From positions 64,001 to 128,000 of the forward strand of contig CAVRJG010000039.1 of the NCBI GenBank assembly GCA_963721455.1: 64,000 nucleotides of DNA, written 5' to 3'. The notes under the pieces were generated by a model. The model made no database searches and was not told where the DNA came from. It saw only the letters and a list, made by a program, of their open reading frames with translations. The position numbers and the translations under genes were made by a program. The stretch comes from an uncultured Methanosarcinaceae archaeon (lineage in GTDB: Archaea; Halobacteriota; Methanosarcinia; Methanosarcinales; Methanosarcinaceae). Shown piece after piece: positions 40,822 to 51,200 of the stretch. Position 1 is the stretch's first letter; each line of letters opens with the position of its first letter.

Positions 40822-41933
40822 AAAACCGCTACCCCTGACAGGCTATCAAAAATATCATCCAGCTTATGTAAGAAGACTTCCAGACATTTCAATAAACTAA
40901 TAAGAATAACTTTGGATATTTTTAAGGTAATGATGTAAAAAGCTATCGATTTTAAACTGCCGGAGAATGTTTCAAGAAATGTGCGAATTTTTAAGGTTTT
41001 ACCTTAAGTTGAAAATGAGAGCTTCCCGCCTGATTTGAGGAGAAAATGATTTCTTTTGCTATTGGAAATTTTTCAGATTTTAAATGGATATAATCTCAGT
41101 ATTTACTGGTATATTGGATTTAATCATCTTTTTTCTGCTACTTTTTCAATATTATCGATATTGATCTCTCAAGAGGGGAAAAGTATAACAAAGATCAGAT
41201 TCTTGCGGCTGTGGGCATCTCCTTACGAAAACACTCTCCGGCAAAGCTGGGCAGAAATTGCAACTTCATTTCGGACTCACAGCCACGAATTCAAAAGCAA
41301 CAGTTTCTGCAGCAGGAGTTCTGTGGCAGTTCTGGCTCGCAACTGAGAACCTGTCCACAATATGGGCACACTACCAAAAATTATCAAGCTGCTTAATTTT
41401 AATCAATGATCTTTATAAAGTTGATCTAAGTGTTAATTGTTAGATACTTTGGTCATACAAATTATATGGATGTTTATAAGTTCTAATGATTGGAATTCAA
41501 TCGGGTATGAAATACGCGATTGGAATCGAAAATCCAGAACATAGTAAAAAGTCAGTTAGGACTTATGAAGGATTTACGCATACGAACTGAAAAAAAAGGT
41601 AGCATTAAACCGTCAACGTCCAAAATTAATTTCGTGATGTTTAACTTATTTGATTTCGTACATAGAATGGTAAGTCCTATAGGATATAGTACTATCGTAT
41701 AAGGTAATATATGCTGAATTTCGGAAAAATTCCCTACCCGAATATAAAGTTAAGATTACCCATTATACAGTTGTATAGATGTTTGAGTGTCAAGACCGCC
41801 TCCGAATATATTCAACGCCATGCCCTAAAAAAGACTAATATGTTCTGTATTTTAAATGAAGTCGATGAGCAAAAAATCAGTGCAAAGCTAGTACAAGACC
41901 AGATCTCAGGATCATATGAAGGAGTGAAATAAA

Positions 41934-42329
41934 ATGAGTAAATTAATCGCCACAGGAATAATGTTTCTGATACTCTCCGCATTCGTTTCACCGGCGCTTG
42001 CGGCAGACACAACACGCGCAGAGCCTAATTATAAAATATATACTCTGGAACAGAACGAAGATACAGCAAAATTAATTGAATTCCTGGAAGAAAAGCAAAA
42101 CGTAATGGTATACGATGCAGAATCCGAAGAGGATCTGATAAAAATTGCGACAACCCTGTCTGAAGACTTTGGAGTCGATGGAAAAGAGCTAATAGAACCA
42201 ATTGAGCAGCCAGCAGACAAGGCACCCGTCGACTTCCTCGAAACCCTGGAGACAGGAAATATCGATCAGCATATTTCAATAATAATTATAATAACACCCC
42301 ATAGTATTAAAATAATGATAATATGGTAG
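41934..42329 (+). CDS. Small secreted hypothetical protein with an Ile-rich C-terminus
   Basis: AGGAGTGA RBS; signal peptide ..SPALA; acidic body; ends HISIIIIITPHSIKIMIIW*. Confidence 0.7.
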   Translation: MSKLIATGIMFLILSAFVSPALAADTTRAEPNYKIYTLEQNEDTAKLIEFLEEKQNVMVYDAESEEDLIKIATTLSEDFGVDGKELIEPIEQPADKAPVDFLETLETGNIDQHISIIIIITPHSIKIMIIW

Positions 42330-42497
42330 TTCTAATCGATCCAATAACACTTGAGTAAAATTTATCTTAATCTAAGTTGAGCTGGCGAACCCCCTGCGAG
42401 CAACAGGGTAGAAGATAACAGAAATCAAAAACGGAAAAAAGTAAAAACAGAAAAAAGTAGGCCAACCGGCCTTACTTTTCTTTGAGAAGTACTGTAC

Positions 42498-43784
42498 TTA
42501 TTTTGCGAGGTTGTAGCTCTGGTTGACGATCTTCAGGGCGCAGTAGTTGCCGCACATTGTGCAGGCGTCTGTGTCTTCGGGTGCCCTGCTGGCCCTGACT
42601 GCTCTTGCATGTTCGGGGTCGATTGCAAGGGAGTACATCTTTTCCCAGTCAAGTTCTCTTCTTGCTCTGCCCATCGCGAGGTCCTGTTCTCTTGCTCTGT
42701 CCGGGTACTTTACCATATCCCCTACGTGAGCTGCAATCCTTGAGGTCTTGACCCCGGTGATGACATCTTCGAGGTTTGGAAGGGCAAGGTGCTCTGCAGG
42801 AGTCACGTAGCAGAGGAAGTCACAGCCATGTGATGCAGCTATGGAGGCTCCGATTGCGGTTACGATGTGGTCGTAGCCGGGTGCAATGTCAGTTACAAGC
42901 GGGCCGAGCATGTAGAAGGGCTTATGGCCGCTCATTTCCTTCATGAGTTTTACGTTGGTTTCTATCTGGTCGAGCGGGACGTGGCCAGGACCTTCGACAA
43001 TGACCTGCAGACCCTGTTTGTGGGCTTTATCGGCCAGTTCGGCGTTGATTACGAGTTCCTGGATCTGGGCACGGTCAGTTGCGTCGTGAACTGCACCTGC
43101 ACGCATTCCATTTCCTGTGGAGAGTACAACTTCATGTTCCTTGAGGATTTCAACAAGGTAATCGAAGTTGGCATAGAGCGGGTTTTCCTTTTCGTTGTGG
43201 AGCATCCAGGAAGTCATGAAGGCTCCGCCGCGGGAACAGAGACCGCCGTACCTGCCGTGGGCTTTGAGCCGGTCCATAGTAATATTGTTAATCCCTGTGT
43301 GGATTGCCATAAAGTTGGTCCCGAGCTTTGCCTGGTCTTCGGTCGCCTTGAAGAGTTCTTCTTCGGTCATATGCACAATTGAGCCGTACTTCCTTGCGGC
43401 TTCAATGAAAGCCTGGTAGAGAGGCACTGAACCGACTGAAAGGGAAATGCTGTCAATGACCATTTTCCTGATTGCGAGGAAGTCTCCACCAGTCCCGAGC
43501 TCCATAAGGGTGTCTGCGCCTGCGGCTTCCGCTGCCTTGGCTTTCTCGACTTCCATATTTGGATCAACAATGTCTGAGGATACACCGATGGACGCGTTGA
43601 CCTTGGTCCTGAGCCCTTCTCCGATACCGCAGAGCTTTACCTGCCTGTAGGGGGAAGTTGGAATAACGATTCTTCCGGCTGCAATACCACGGCGGATAAA
43701 TTCAGGGTCAAGTCCTTCATTCTTTGCAACGACCTTCATCTCTTCGGTGATTATTCCTTTTTGAGCATCTTCCACAATTGTCAT
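42498..43784 (-). CDS. thiC: ThiC-family radical SAM enzyme (phosphomethylpyrimidine synthase or Bza-type paralog)
   Basis: TKVNASIG, SRGG, EGPGH, CYVTPAEHL, C-terminal CTMCG..C; GAGGT RBS. Confidence 0.85.
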   Translation of the reverse strand: MTIVEDAQKGIITEEMKVVAKNEGLDPEFIRRGIAAGRIVIPTSPYRQVKLCGIGEGLRTKVNASIGVSSDIVDPNMEVEKAKAAEAAGADTLMELGTGGDFLAIRKMVIDSISLSVGSVPLYQAFIEAARKYGSIVHMTEEELFKATEDQAKLGTNFMAIHTGINNITMDRLKAHGRYGGLCSRGGAFMTSWMLHNEKENPLYANFDYLVEILKEHEVVLSTGNGMRAGAVHDATDRAQIQELVINAELADKAHKQGLQVIVEGPGHVPLDQIETNVKLMKEMSGHKPFYMLGPLVTDIAPGYDHIVTAIGASIAASHGCDFLCYVTPAEHLALPNLEDVITGVKTSRIAAHVGDMVKYPDRAREQDLAMGRARRELDWEKMYSLAIDPEHARAVRASRAPEDTDACTMCGNYCALKIVNQSYNLAK

Positions 43785-44171
43785 ATTATTAACCTCAAGC
43801 TTTCTATCATCTGTAACAGGTGTCTGTAAGATTAATCTGTAAGATTAGTCTGTAACTAAGGTAAAAGTGAGCTAGACCAGAAAATGCGCGTAATTATATA
43901 TAACACTATTTAAAAAACTAACTTTAACCTTAATCAACTTTACTTTACTTCAATGCCCATTGATATTGAAAAATATAAGGGATATGATTAAAATAAATAT
44001 TTTATAAAGAAATTGTAAAGTTGTTTTGAGGAAAGAACAAGTAAAGTTGTTTTATTGGAATCTGAGGAAAGTTGAATGATCAAAGATAGTCAAAAAAATA
44101 ATAACCTAAAATTCCCGGACTTTCCCCCGGCAAATTGAAGGATATCTTAAAACCGTTTTTAAGAGATCTCC

Positions 44172-45089
44172 TTACTTCCCGTGTTTATTTAATTCCTGAA
44201 TTAAATGGATTGTTTGCCTGTGGAGGGTTAATATAAAATCACTCAAAATTCCGAAGATGAACATCTGAAAGCCGAATATAATTAGCAGGGTTGTAAGAAT
44301 GGAAAGCGGAATACGTGTGATTCCCTGAAGCCACTGGACTACCACAAAGGTTCCTGTAAACAGGCCTGCCAGGATTAAGACAGAGCCTATGATTCCAAAG
44401 TAAAACATGGGATTATGCATTTTTGCAAGCCTGTAGATAGTAGACCCGATTCTGAACCCGTCTTTTACCGGATTTAGCTTGGTTGCGCCTTTTTCGCTTC
44501 TGGGGAGGTAAGTAATCGGGACTTCTTCAACCCTCTGCTTTTTAAGAATGCATTCCACAGAGATTTCGGTCTCGATTTCAAAGCCTGTCTTGTTAAGTTC
44601 AAGTTCCCTCATACTCTCAAGCGTAAACGCACGGTAACCTGAGAGAATGTCTTTTAAATTCACTCCATACGCAACGTCAAAAAACATGTTTATTAGACGG
44701 TTGCCCACGAGGTTAAGCTTTGTAAAAGCTCCAGGAGAGTAATTTCCCAGCCGGTTGCCTATAACATGGTCGGCTCTGCCTTCCAGAACAGGCTTGAGGA
44801 CAGAACGAGCCTCCCGGGCAAGATACGTTCCGTCGCCATCAATCATTACCACGTAAGGGCTCTCTATAAGCTCGAAAGCCTGGATCATTGCCTGCCCTTT
44901 ACCTTTTCCGGTCTGCATGACAACTCTTGCGCCTTCAGCCTCTGCAATTTGCCCTGTGCCGTCCCTGCTGTTTCCGTCGATCACCAGGATGTTGGAAAAG
45001 CCTTCTTTCCTGAAGTCCTTGATAAGCTGCCCTATTGTTGCAGCTTCGTTCAGGGTGGGAACAAGAATGCAAACATCTGCGCTGTTCAC
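44172..45089 (-). CDS. aglJ: GT2 polyprenol-phosphate glycosyltransferase (AglJ-like)
   Basis: PTLNEA, IDGNSRDGT, GKGKG, DGDGTY, SGYRAF, two C-terminal TM helices. Confidence 0.8.
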   Translation of the reverse strand: MNSADVCILVPTLNEAATIGQLIKDFRKEGFSNILVIDGNSRDGTGQIAEAEGARVVMQTGKGKGQAMIQAFELIESPYVVMIDGDGTYLAREARSVLKPVLEGRADHVIGNRLGNYSPGAFTKLNLVGNRLINMFFDVAYGVNLKDILSGYRAFTLESMRELELNKTGFEIETEISVECILKKQRVEEVPITYLPRSEKGATKLNPVKDGFRIGSTIYRLAKMHNPMFYFGIIGSVLILAGLFTGTFVVVQWLQGITRIPLSILTTLLIIFGFQMFIFGILSDFILTLHRQTIHLIQELNKHGK

Positions 45090-45218
45090 GTTTCACACAT
45101 ATCCTTTGCGGAACCTCTACACGTGCCGCAGAATCCGTTTTATTGTAAAATATATCAGTTTTCCTATTTCCATAGAAAGGAGCCCGAAAAGGGGTATATT
45201 GTAATAGATTGAAGGCTC

Positions 45219-45770
45219 TTATAAGAGCCCCATGTTGTCGAGCTGCTGGCGGACGACTTCGACACCCTCCTCACAATTCTCAGGGGTTTTGCCGCCTGTA
45301 ACAACCAGTTTTCCGGAGCTGAAGATAAGCACAACTACCTTGGGCACATCGATTCTGTACACAAGGCCAGGGAACTGTTCGGGCTCATATTCGATGTTTT
45401 CAAGCCCAAGCCCTATTGCAATTGCATTGAGGTTCAAAATAGTGTGCAGGTCTGCGGAAGCAACAATATTCTGGACAGTAATCTGGGGGTTCTCCAAGGT
45501 CTTGATCCCGATGCCGTTCAGCTTTTTCGCCATGTTGCCTATAACTGTGTGCACGTCGGCAACGTTTTTTGCCCCTGTACAGACAACCTTGCCGGAAGTA
45601 AAGACCAGGAATGCAGCTTTAGGGTCCGTAACCCTGTAGACGAGTCCGGGAAACTTCTGCTTGTTGTACTCAGCTCCTTCGAACTCGGATTCGATAACAA
45701 GTAAATCGAATTCTTCAGCGAGTTTGGTGGATGCGACCACGTTTTCGATCTTGATGCTAGATTCGCTCAT
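45219..45770 (-). CDS. tbp: TATA-box-binding protein
   Basis: Two TBP repeats: [24 protein letters not shown] / [29 protein letters not shown]. Confidence 0.97.
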   Translation of the reverse strand: MSESSIKIENVVASTKLAEEFDLLVIESEFEGAEYNKQKFPGLVYRVTDPKAAFLVFTSGKVVCTGAKNVADVHTVIGNMAKKLNGIGIKTLENPQITVQNIVASADLHTILNLNAIAIGLGLENIEYEPEQFPGLVYRIDVPKVVVLIFSSGKLVVTGGKTPENCEEGVEVVRQQLDNMGLL

Positions 45771-45781
45771 TAGTCAACCCT

Positions 45782-45858
45782 CAGTATATAAAGCAAAGGT
45801 AATATTCTCTACCCAGTATATAAAGCTATAGTCAAATACTCTGCTTACTATATAAAGC
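45782..45858 (-). promoter_or_regulatory. Three phased TATA-like boxes (GCTTTATATA on the minus strand) upstream of tbp
   Basis: The 13-mers CAGTATATAAAGC, CAGTATATAAAGC and TACTATATAAAGC start at 45782, 45814 and 45846 (exact 32-bp period). Confidence 0.7.
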
Positions 45859-45962
45859 ATTTATATATAGGATATAATGAGACAGAAAAACTTAAATTTT
45901 GGGCGCCCGTAATTTCAAAGAAATTGGGCAAGAAGGGGTAGCCATACTGTATTTCAGGCGTC

Positions 45963-47087
45963 TCAGTCCTCAAGTTTTTTCAGACCTTGAAGAATAGCAT
46001 CATATTTTGTGCAGACTCTCTTGAAAAGGTCGCCTTCCACGCTGCGGTGAGTGGGTATAAGGATTTGAGCCCCTGTCTCTATTTTTACCCCGCTCCTTGA
46101 AGTCCCATAGTCGGGAGCAACGAGGACACCGTCTGCGGAAATTCCGAGGGAGAGGTCGTTTATGACCTTTGAGACCATCTCAGTTGCCGGTTTTACCTTC
46201 ATCTCAATAAACACAGCGGAAGAGACATACCTTTCCCTGGTCTCCCGAATCTTCTTAATAGTATCTTCCACGGTTTTAGGGTCCACTTCATCGGGAAGTT
46301 CTTCAGCAAGTAAAGAAATCGCTTCTATGAGATCTTCAAAAGTTGTTGAATGCATTTCAAGGATTTCTCCGTCGCAGTACTGCCGTACGGTATCAGAGTA
46401 ACCGGCCGAGACAACCAGCACTTCCGCCTCAAGCAAGCGGGAGATCTCCTCCTTCGAAGGTGAATAGGCATTGGCCACAAAGTATTCCTTGATCCCGCAC
46501 ATGCTCATGAGAGATTCATACATCGGAGTCACGGCAATAGTCTTTTTTCCGATCCACAGGTTGATCTCACTCTGCCCGCCCTGGGACCTCAAAAGTTCAA
46601 GGATTTTCTCCTTTATGGCTTTCGGGTCGTTTCTCTTAAGCCCGAAATAATCTGCAAAAAGAGAAGTTGTGGAAAGCTGCCTGCTCCTTCCGCAGGGCAC
46701 GGACTCTACAAACCCCCGCTCTATAAGGTCCTTTATATGATCATAGGCTCCGCTTCCCCTCATATCAATAAGGTCTGACTGGAGCAGAGGCTGGTGATAG
46801 GCAATCATGGAAAGAGTGCGAAGTTTCGGGGCTGAAAGCTCTTTTGGGGCAACTTCCCGCATAAGTTCAGAATATTCGGGCTTGACCTGCATGACGTAAC
46901 GATCCCCAAGGTCAAGGATCTCAATGCCCGAGCCCCTGGAAGAGTAAGCCTCCGTCAGTTCCTGTACTGCCGAAAGGACGGCTTTTTTGGGCTTTCCTGT
47001 AATTTTCGCAAGCTTCTCGAGGCTTACTGCCCTGCCGGCAGCAAAAAGTGCTGCTTCGATAATCTCAAGCATCTCAAGCTCACTCAT
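45963..47087 (-). CDS. scpB: SMC-Scp complex subunit ScpB with a C-terminal extension
   Basis: IEAALFAAG, LRTLSMIAYHQP, F..YFG; about 190 extra residues after the ScpB core. Confidence 0.88.
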   Translation of the reverse strand: MSELEMLEIIEAALFAAGRAVSLEKLAKITGKPKKAVLSAVQELTEAYSSRGSGIEILDLGDRYVMQVKPEYSELMREVAPKELSAPKLRTLSMIAYHQPLLQSDLIDMRGSGAYDHIKDLIERGFVESVPCGRSRQLSTTSLFADYFGLKRNDPKAIKEKILELLRSQGGQSEINLWIGKKTIAVTPMYESLMSMCGIKEYFVANAYSPSKEEISRLLEAEVLVVSAGYSDTVRQYCDGEILEMHSTTFEDLIEAISLLAEELPDEVDPKTVEDTIKKIRETRERYVSSAVFIEMKVKPATEMVSKVINDLSLGISADGVLVAPDYGTSRSGVKIETGAQILIPTHRSVEGDLFKRVCTKYDAILQGLKKLED

Positions 47088-47200
47088 AAATTTCACTTCC
47101 AGAAAAAGAATAAAAACATTCTTCAATCAGGTTAACTGTTAGTCAGGCGGATTTCAATCAAACGGATTTGCTTTTACAGGTTTCGATCAGGGTTAATATC

Positions 47201-48220
47201 TCAAAGTGAGGTTTTCTGAGGTTCTTCGCCCGGGTTCTCATGCAAAGGCACCTCACCTGTAAAACCTGTTTCCGAGGAGCCCTTGATTTGAGGCCCTGAT
47301 ATTTCAGCTTTTGATTCTAACTTTATCTCATGGAAAAGAGATGGGTTGCCCTCAGTGGAAAATCCGGATTCCTCTCCCGGATATATATATAGTTCCTCGA
47401 AAAGTTCATTCTGGAAAAGCCAGATCTTCCTGTTTGAAGCAAGAAAGAGAAGAGAGAGATAATCCATAATCCTATCTTCACTTGTTTCCAGGAAGCTGGA
47501 AAAAACTACTACAGGCTGCGCCATAAACAGTTCAGCAAGCCTGGCCCAGATAAGTGCCAGCCGCAAGCTTATGGTTTCTTCATGCGCAATACCCAGGACG
47601 TCTCCTGTAGTAAGTTGAGGGCCATGATGAGGTTTTTCTGCAATCTGGAGGGCTTTCTTTTCATTTCTTCTGGAGAGGCTTTTTTCTGCTTTCTTGAGTT
47701 CAAAAATCAGTTCGTTGAGTGTAACAGGTCTTGTGGAAACGCGGCGGACAGGAAGCTTCGGGATAGGAAACTCCCCGGGCTCAGGAAAATCCTGATCATC
47801 GAGAAAATCAGAATCAAACTCATCGGCTTCTTCCTTCTCTACCTCGAGGATTCCCGAGGATTTCATGCGAAGAAGGATAGCAGAATAAAGAAGTGTTCTT
47901 GAGGAAATTCTGAGGTCCATTTTCTCGAGCTTTTCCACCCTTCCCAGAAAACTGTCAGTCAGCTGTACAATATCTATATCCCAGGGGTCGATCTTCCCAT
48001 CCTGAGCAAGCTCAACCAGTATGCCCAGGGGTTCATAGGTCTCAAACTCCGAAATATCAAGCAGGTTCCAATCAATTCCAAGACATGAAAGAGTAGTTGG
48101 AAGCCCGTACGTTTCGGGGTCCTCAAAAAGAGAGTTGTTTTCCCTGGATTCACGAACAGTGAGAGCCTGAAGTCGGGGGACTTCCAGCGCTGCTCCCACA
48201 TTATCCATAAGTTCAGCCAT
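47201..48220 (-). CDS. scpA: Kleisin ScpA
   Basis: IDPWDIDIV.LTD.FL, LLRMKS, RPVTLNEL, YLSLLFLA..Q.ELF. Confidence 0.9.
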   Translation of the reverse strand: MAELMDNVGAALEVPRLQALTVRESRENNSLFEDPETYGLPTTLSCLGIDWNLLDISEFETYEPLGILVELAQDGKIDPWDIDIVQLTDSFLGRVEKLEKMDLRISSRTLLYSAILLRMKSSGILEVEKEEADEFDSDFLDDQDFPEPGEFPIPKLPVRRVSTRPVTLNELIFELKKAEKSLSRRNEKKALQIAEKPHHGPQLTTGDVLGIAHEETISLRLALIWARLAELFMAQPVVVFSSFLETSEDRIMDYLSLLFLASNRKIWLFQNELFEELYIYPGEESGFSTEGNPSLFHEIKLESKAEISGPQIKGSSETGFTGEVPLHENPGEEPQKTSL

Positions 48221-51200
48221 TAAGCTTCACTCCGGTAATGCTCGTGATATTATTTTCCTGCATTGTAACCCCTATTGTCCTGTTTGCGGCCTGGATCATG
48301 GGTTTTCTCAAGGAAACAACAATGAACTGGACTTTTGACCCTGAGGTTTTAACACGCCTTGAAACCCTTTCCACGTTCTGGCCATCAAGGAACATATCAA
48401 TCTCATCAAAAGCATAGAAAGGAGCAGGACGGTATTGCTGGATCGCAAAGATGAAAGCAAGAGCTGTAAGGCTTTTTTCTCCTCCGGACATGGCTTCGAT
48501 CCGCTGGAGAGTTTTTTCTTTGGGCTGGGCCCGGAGGGTCATCCCTCCTGTAAAAGGGTCGTCAGGATCTTCAAGCAAGAGTTCACCCATGCCGTCGGAA
48601 AGCTCATGGAAAATGTCCCTGAAATTGGCATTAATGCTTGTATAGGCTTCCATAAAGGCATCCCGCTTTAGCTGCTCATACTGGCCGATACGCTCAAGGA
48701 GTTGCTCTCTCTCGGAAAAAAGAGTATCCCGCTTTCCCTGCAGGTCTGAAAGCCTGAGTTCGACCTCATTGTACTCGTCAATTGCCCTCATATTTACGGG
48801 CTCAAGCCGTCGGAGGGCCTCTTCGATTGCCTGAATCCGCATGTAAACGGTTTCGTAGTTCGGAACCTCATCGGTCTCCTCTATGCCTCTTCTCAGGACT
48901 TCTTCCATGAACTGCTTTTCCTGGTCAAGAAGAGCGTTTCTTGTAGCTGTAAGCGTAAGCACCTGTTGTTTTGCCTTTTCAAGCGTAGTTGCGGCAATAT
49001 TCACCCTGCGCTTCACAGCACTGTGTTCGGCCTGGACACTCTCTCTTTCTTTCTGCAGCCCTCGAAGTTCATCGGAAAGTTCAAGCTCCCTTGTCTTCTT
49101 TTCTTCGAGCTTTTCCTCAAGTTCCCTGATTTTTGTTTTGAGGGAGGTTACTTTTTCCAGCCTTGAGGCTTTCTTTTCATCAAGGTCCCTGATTAGTTCC
49201 TTTGCTTCTGCAATTTTCTGTTCGGCATACTCTTTTTCAAGCTGAAGAGCATTCAGGCTGGCTTCAGTATCCCGGATTCGACCGTCGAGCCGCCGGAGTT
49301 CCTCGTCAACGAATTCGATTTTTTTATTGATCTCAGGCAGAGGAGAGTCAGCAAGTTTTGCTTCAAGTCCGGAAATCTGCACTTCAAGTTTAGATGCAGC
49401 CCCTTCTTTATCGGCTTTTTCCGCAATTACCCTGTCCATTTCAACCCTGAGTTCGGTTCTGGACTCCTCGATTGCTTTGAGGTCTGCCTGTTTAGCTTCG
49501 AGAAGTTCTGCAAGTTTGGCTTCCCTGCCTGCAATTTCCTCAAGCTGGAGTTCCTTTCGCGAAATCGTAGCCTCACAGTCCCGGATTTTCCGGCTCAACT
49601 CGAAAAGGTGGCTTTCAATACTGTCCTGTTTGCCTATGGCTGCATTCCGGCTTGCATCCAGGGACTTGATCTCGTCTGCAAGTTCAAGAAGTTTGTCCCT
49701 TTCTGCGGCTGCAAAAGAAATTCCCGACTTAGAAGAGATGGACCCTCCAACCATTGCCCCGCTCTTCTCAAGGAGTTCGCCTTCAAGGGTGACCATTCTT
49801 GCCTTTCCCATAAGGCGGCGTGCACTTGCAAGGTCTTCCATGACAAGGGTATCCTGAAAGACATACCAGAAAGCAGGTTCAAAACCTGAATCAAATTCGA
49901 TAAGGTCAATTGCGTACCCTATTACTCCGTTTTCATAACTTAGATTTTCAAGCCGCCTGGATTCTCTCATTTTGTTGAGGGGAAGGAAAGTAGCTCGCCC
50001 TCCTTTTCTATGTTTCAGGTACTCAATTGCTTTGGCAGCATCGGCATCGGTATCTACAACAATTGCCTGCATCCGGTTTCCTGCGGCAATCTCCAGAGCT
50101 GTTGAATATCGCCGGTCTACTTTTCCCAGCTGGGCAATGGTGCCGTGAATTCCGAAGAGGTCTTCCTGCCGCGCAGCCCCGATTACCATCTCCACGGCTC
50201 TGGAATAGCTTCCTCCCTGCTCAGAAGCCCGGACTCTCGCCTCGGTGATGGCATATTCCTGCTGGAGGCCGTGAAGCTTGCTTTCAAGTTTCCTTATATC
50301 ATCCTTGATCCTGAAGTGGCTGCTTTCGATATCGTCACGGTCTCGAATAAGGGACTCCAGGTTTTCGGAGAGCTTTTCAATCTCATACCTCACAGAAAGC
50401 GTGTCACTGTCAGAAGTTGTAACCGCTGCTTCCGCATCCCCAATCTGGTTTTCGATATCCCTGAGTTCCGAGGATTTTCTCCTGAGGGTATCGAGAAGCC
50501 GGTCCTCGGCCCGGATGAGCTCGTTCTTCTCGTTCTTGATATCCTCAAGTTTCTTCCTGGCAGCCATGAGCTCATCCCTTGTCGCGGCAAACTTTGCATC
50601 CACATCTGCAATCCTGCTCTGGAGCAGCATGCGCTCTGTTTTGCGCTCGGAAAGCTCTGACGAGATGCTGTCCTTTCTCAGGTTTTCGGCTTCGATCTTC
50701 TCTTCAAGTCCCCTGACTTTGCCCTTGGTAGAATCGATCTCTATAAACGCTTTCCTGCGCCGCGAATCAGCTTCCTCAAGTTCGGATTCAGAAAGCTCGA
50801 TGCTGTCCACACAGCGCGAAATTTCTCCCCTGGTCTCTTCTATCTCCCTTTTGACCTGAAGCTGTTCATCCTCTCCTTTTTTCCGGATTTCAAGGGAAAG
50901 CTTTTCCAGAGCATCTTCAAGAGCCTGGAGTTCCTGCACCCTCTCGTTTAGCAAAGCCTGAACTTTCTCAAGGTGCTCTTCCTTTCCGACAAGCTCCTTA
51001 TCCACATTCTGCAGTTCGGTCCTCGCATCCTTGAGTTTAGAAAGCAGGACATAACCTTCAAATTTTGCTTTTTCAGCCTTAAGTGCCTGGTATTTTAAGG
51101 CCTGGTCGCGTTCCCCGGCCAGTTTTCCTAGCTGGATTCTTACTTCCTCAAGAATGATATCCACACGTTCGATCTGCTGCCTGACGATTTCAAGTTCTCC

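Noticed and set aside
41056-41932. Short ORFs and a GC-richer patch (about 41200-41380) in the pepF upstream spacer
   Set aside because: No frame gave a recognisable protein or RNA fold; it may be a gene remnant or sRNA but this cannot be supported from sequence alone
42327-42335. Pyrrolysine read-through of the TAG ending the 131-aa ORF
   Set aside because: A TAA follows after one codon, so read-through would add only two residues
43790-43900. TPP riboswitch upstream of the thiC-like gene
   Set aside because: No TPP aptamer core seen; only short TCTGTAA repeats
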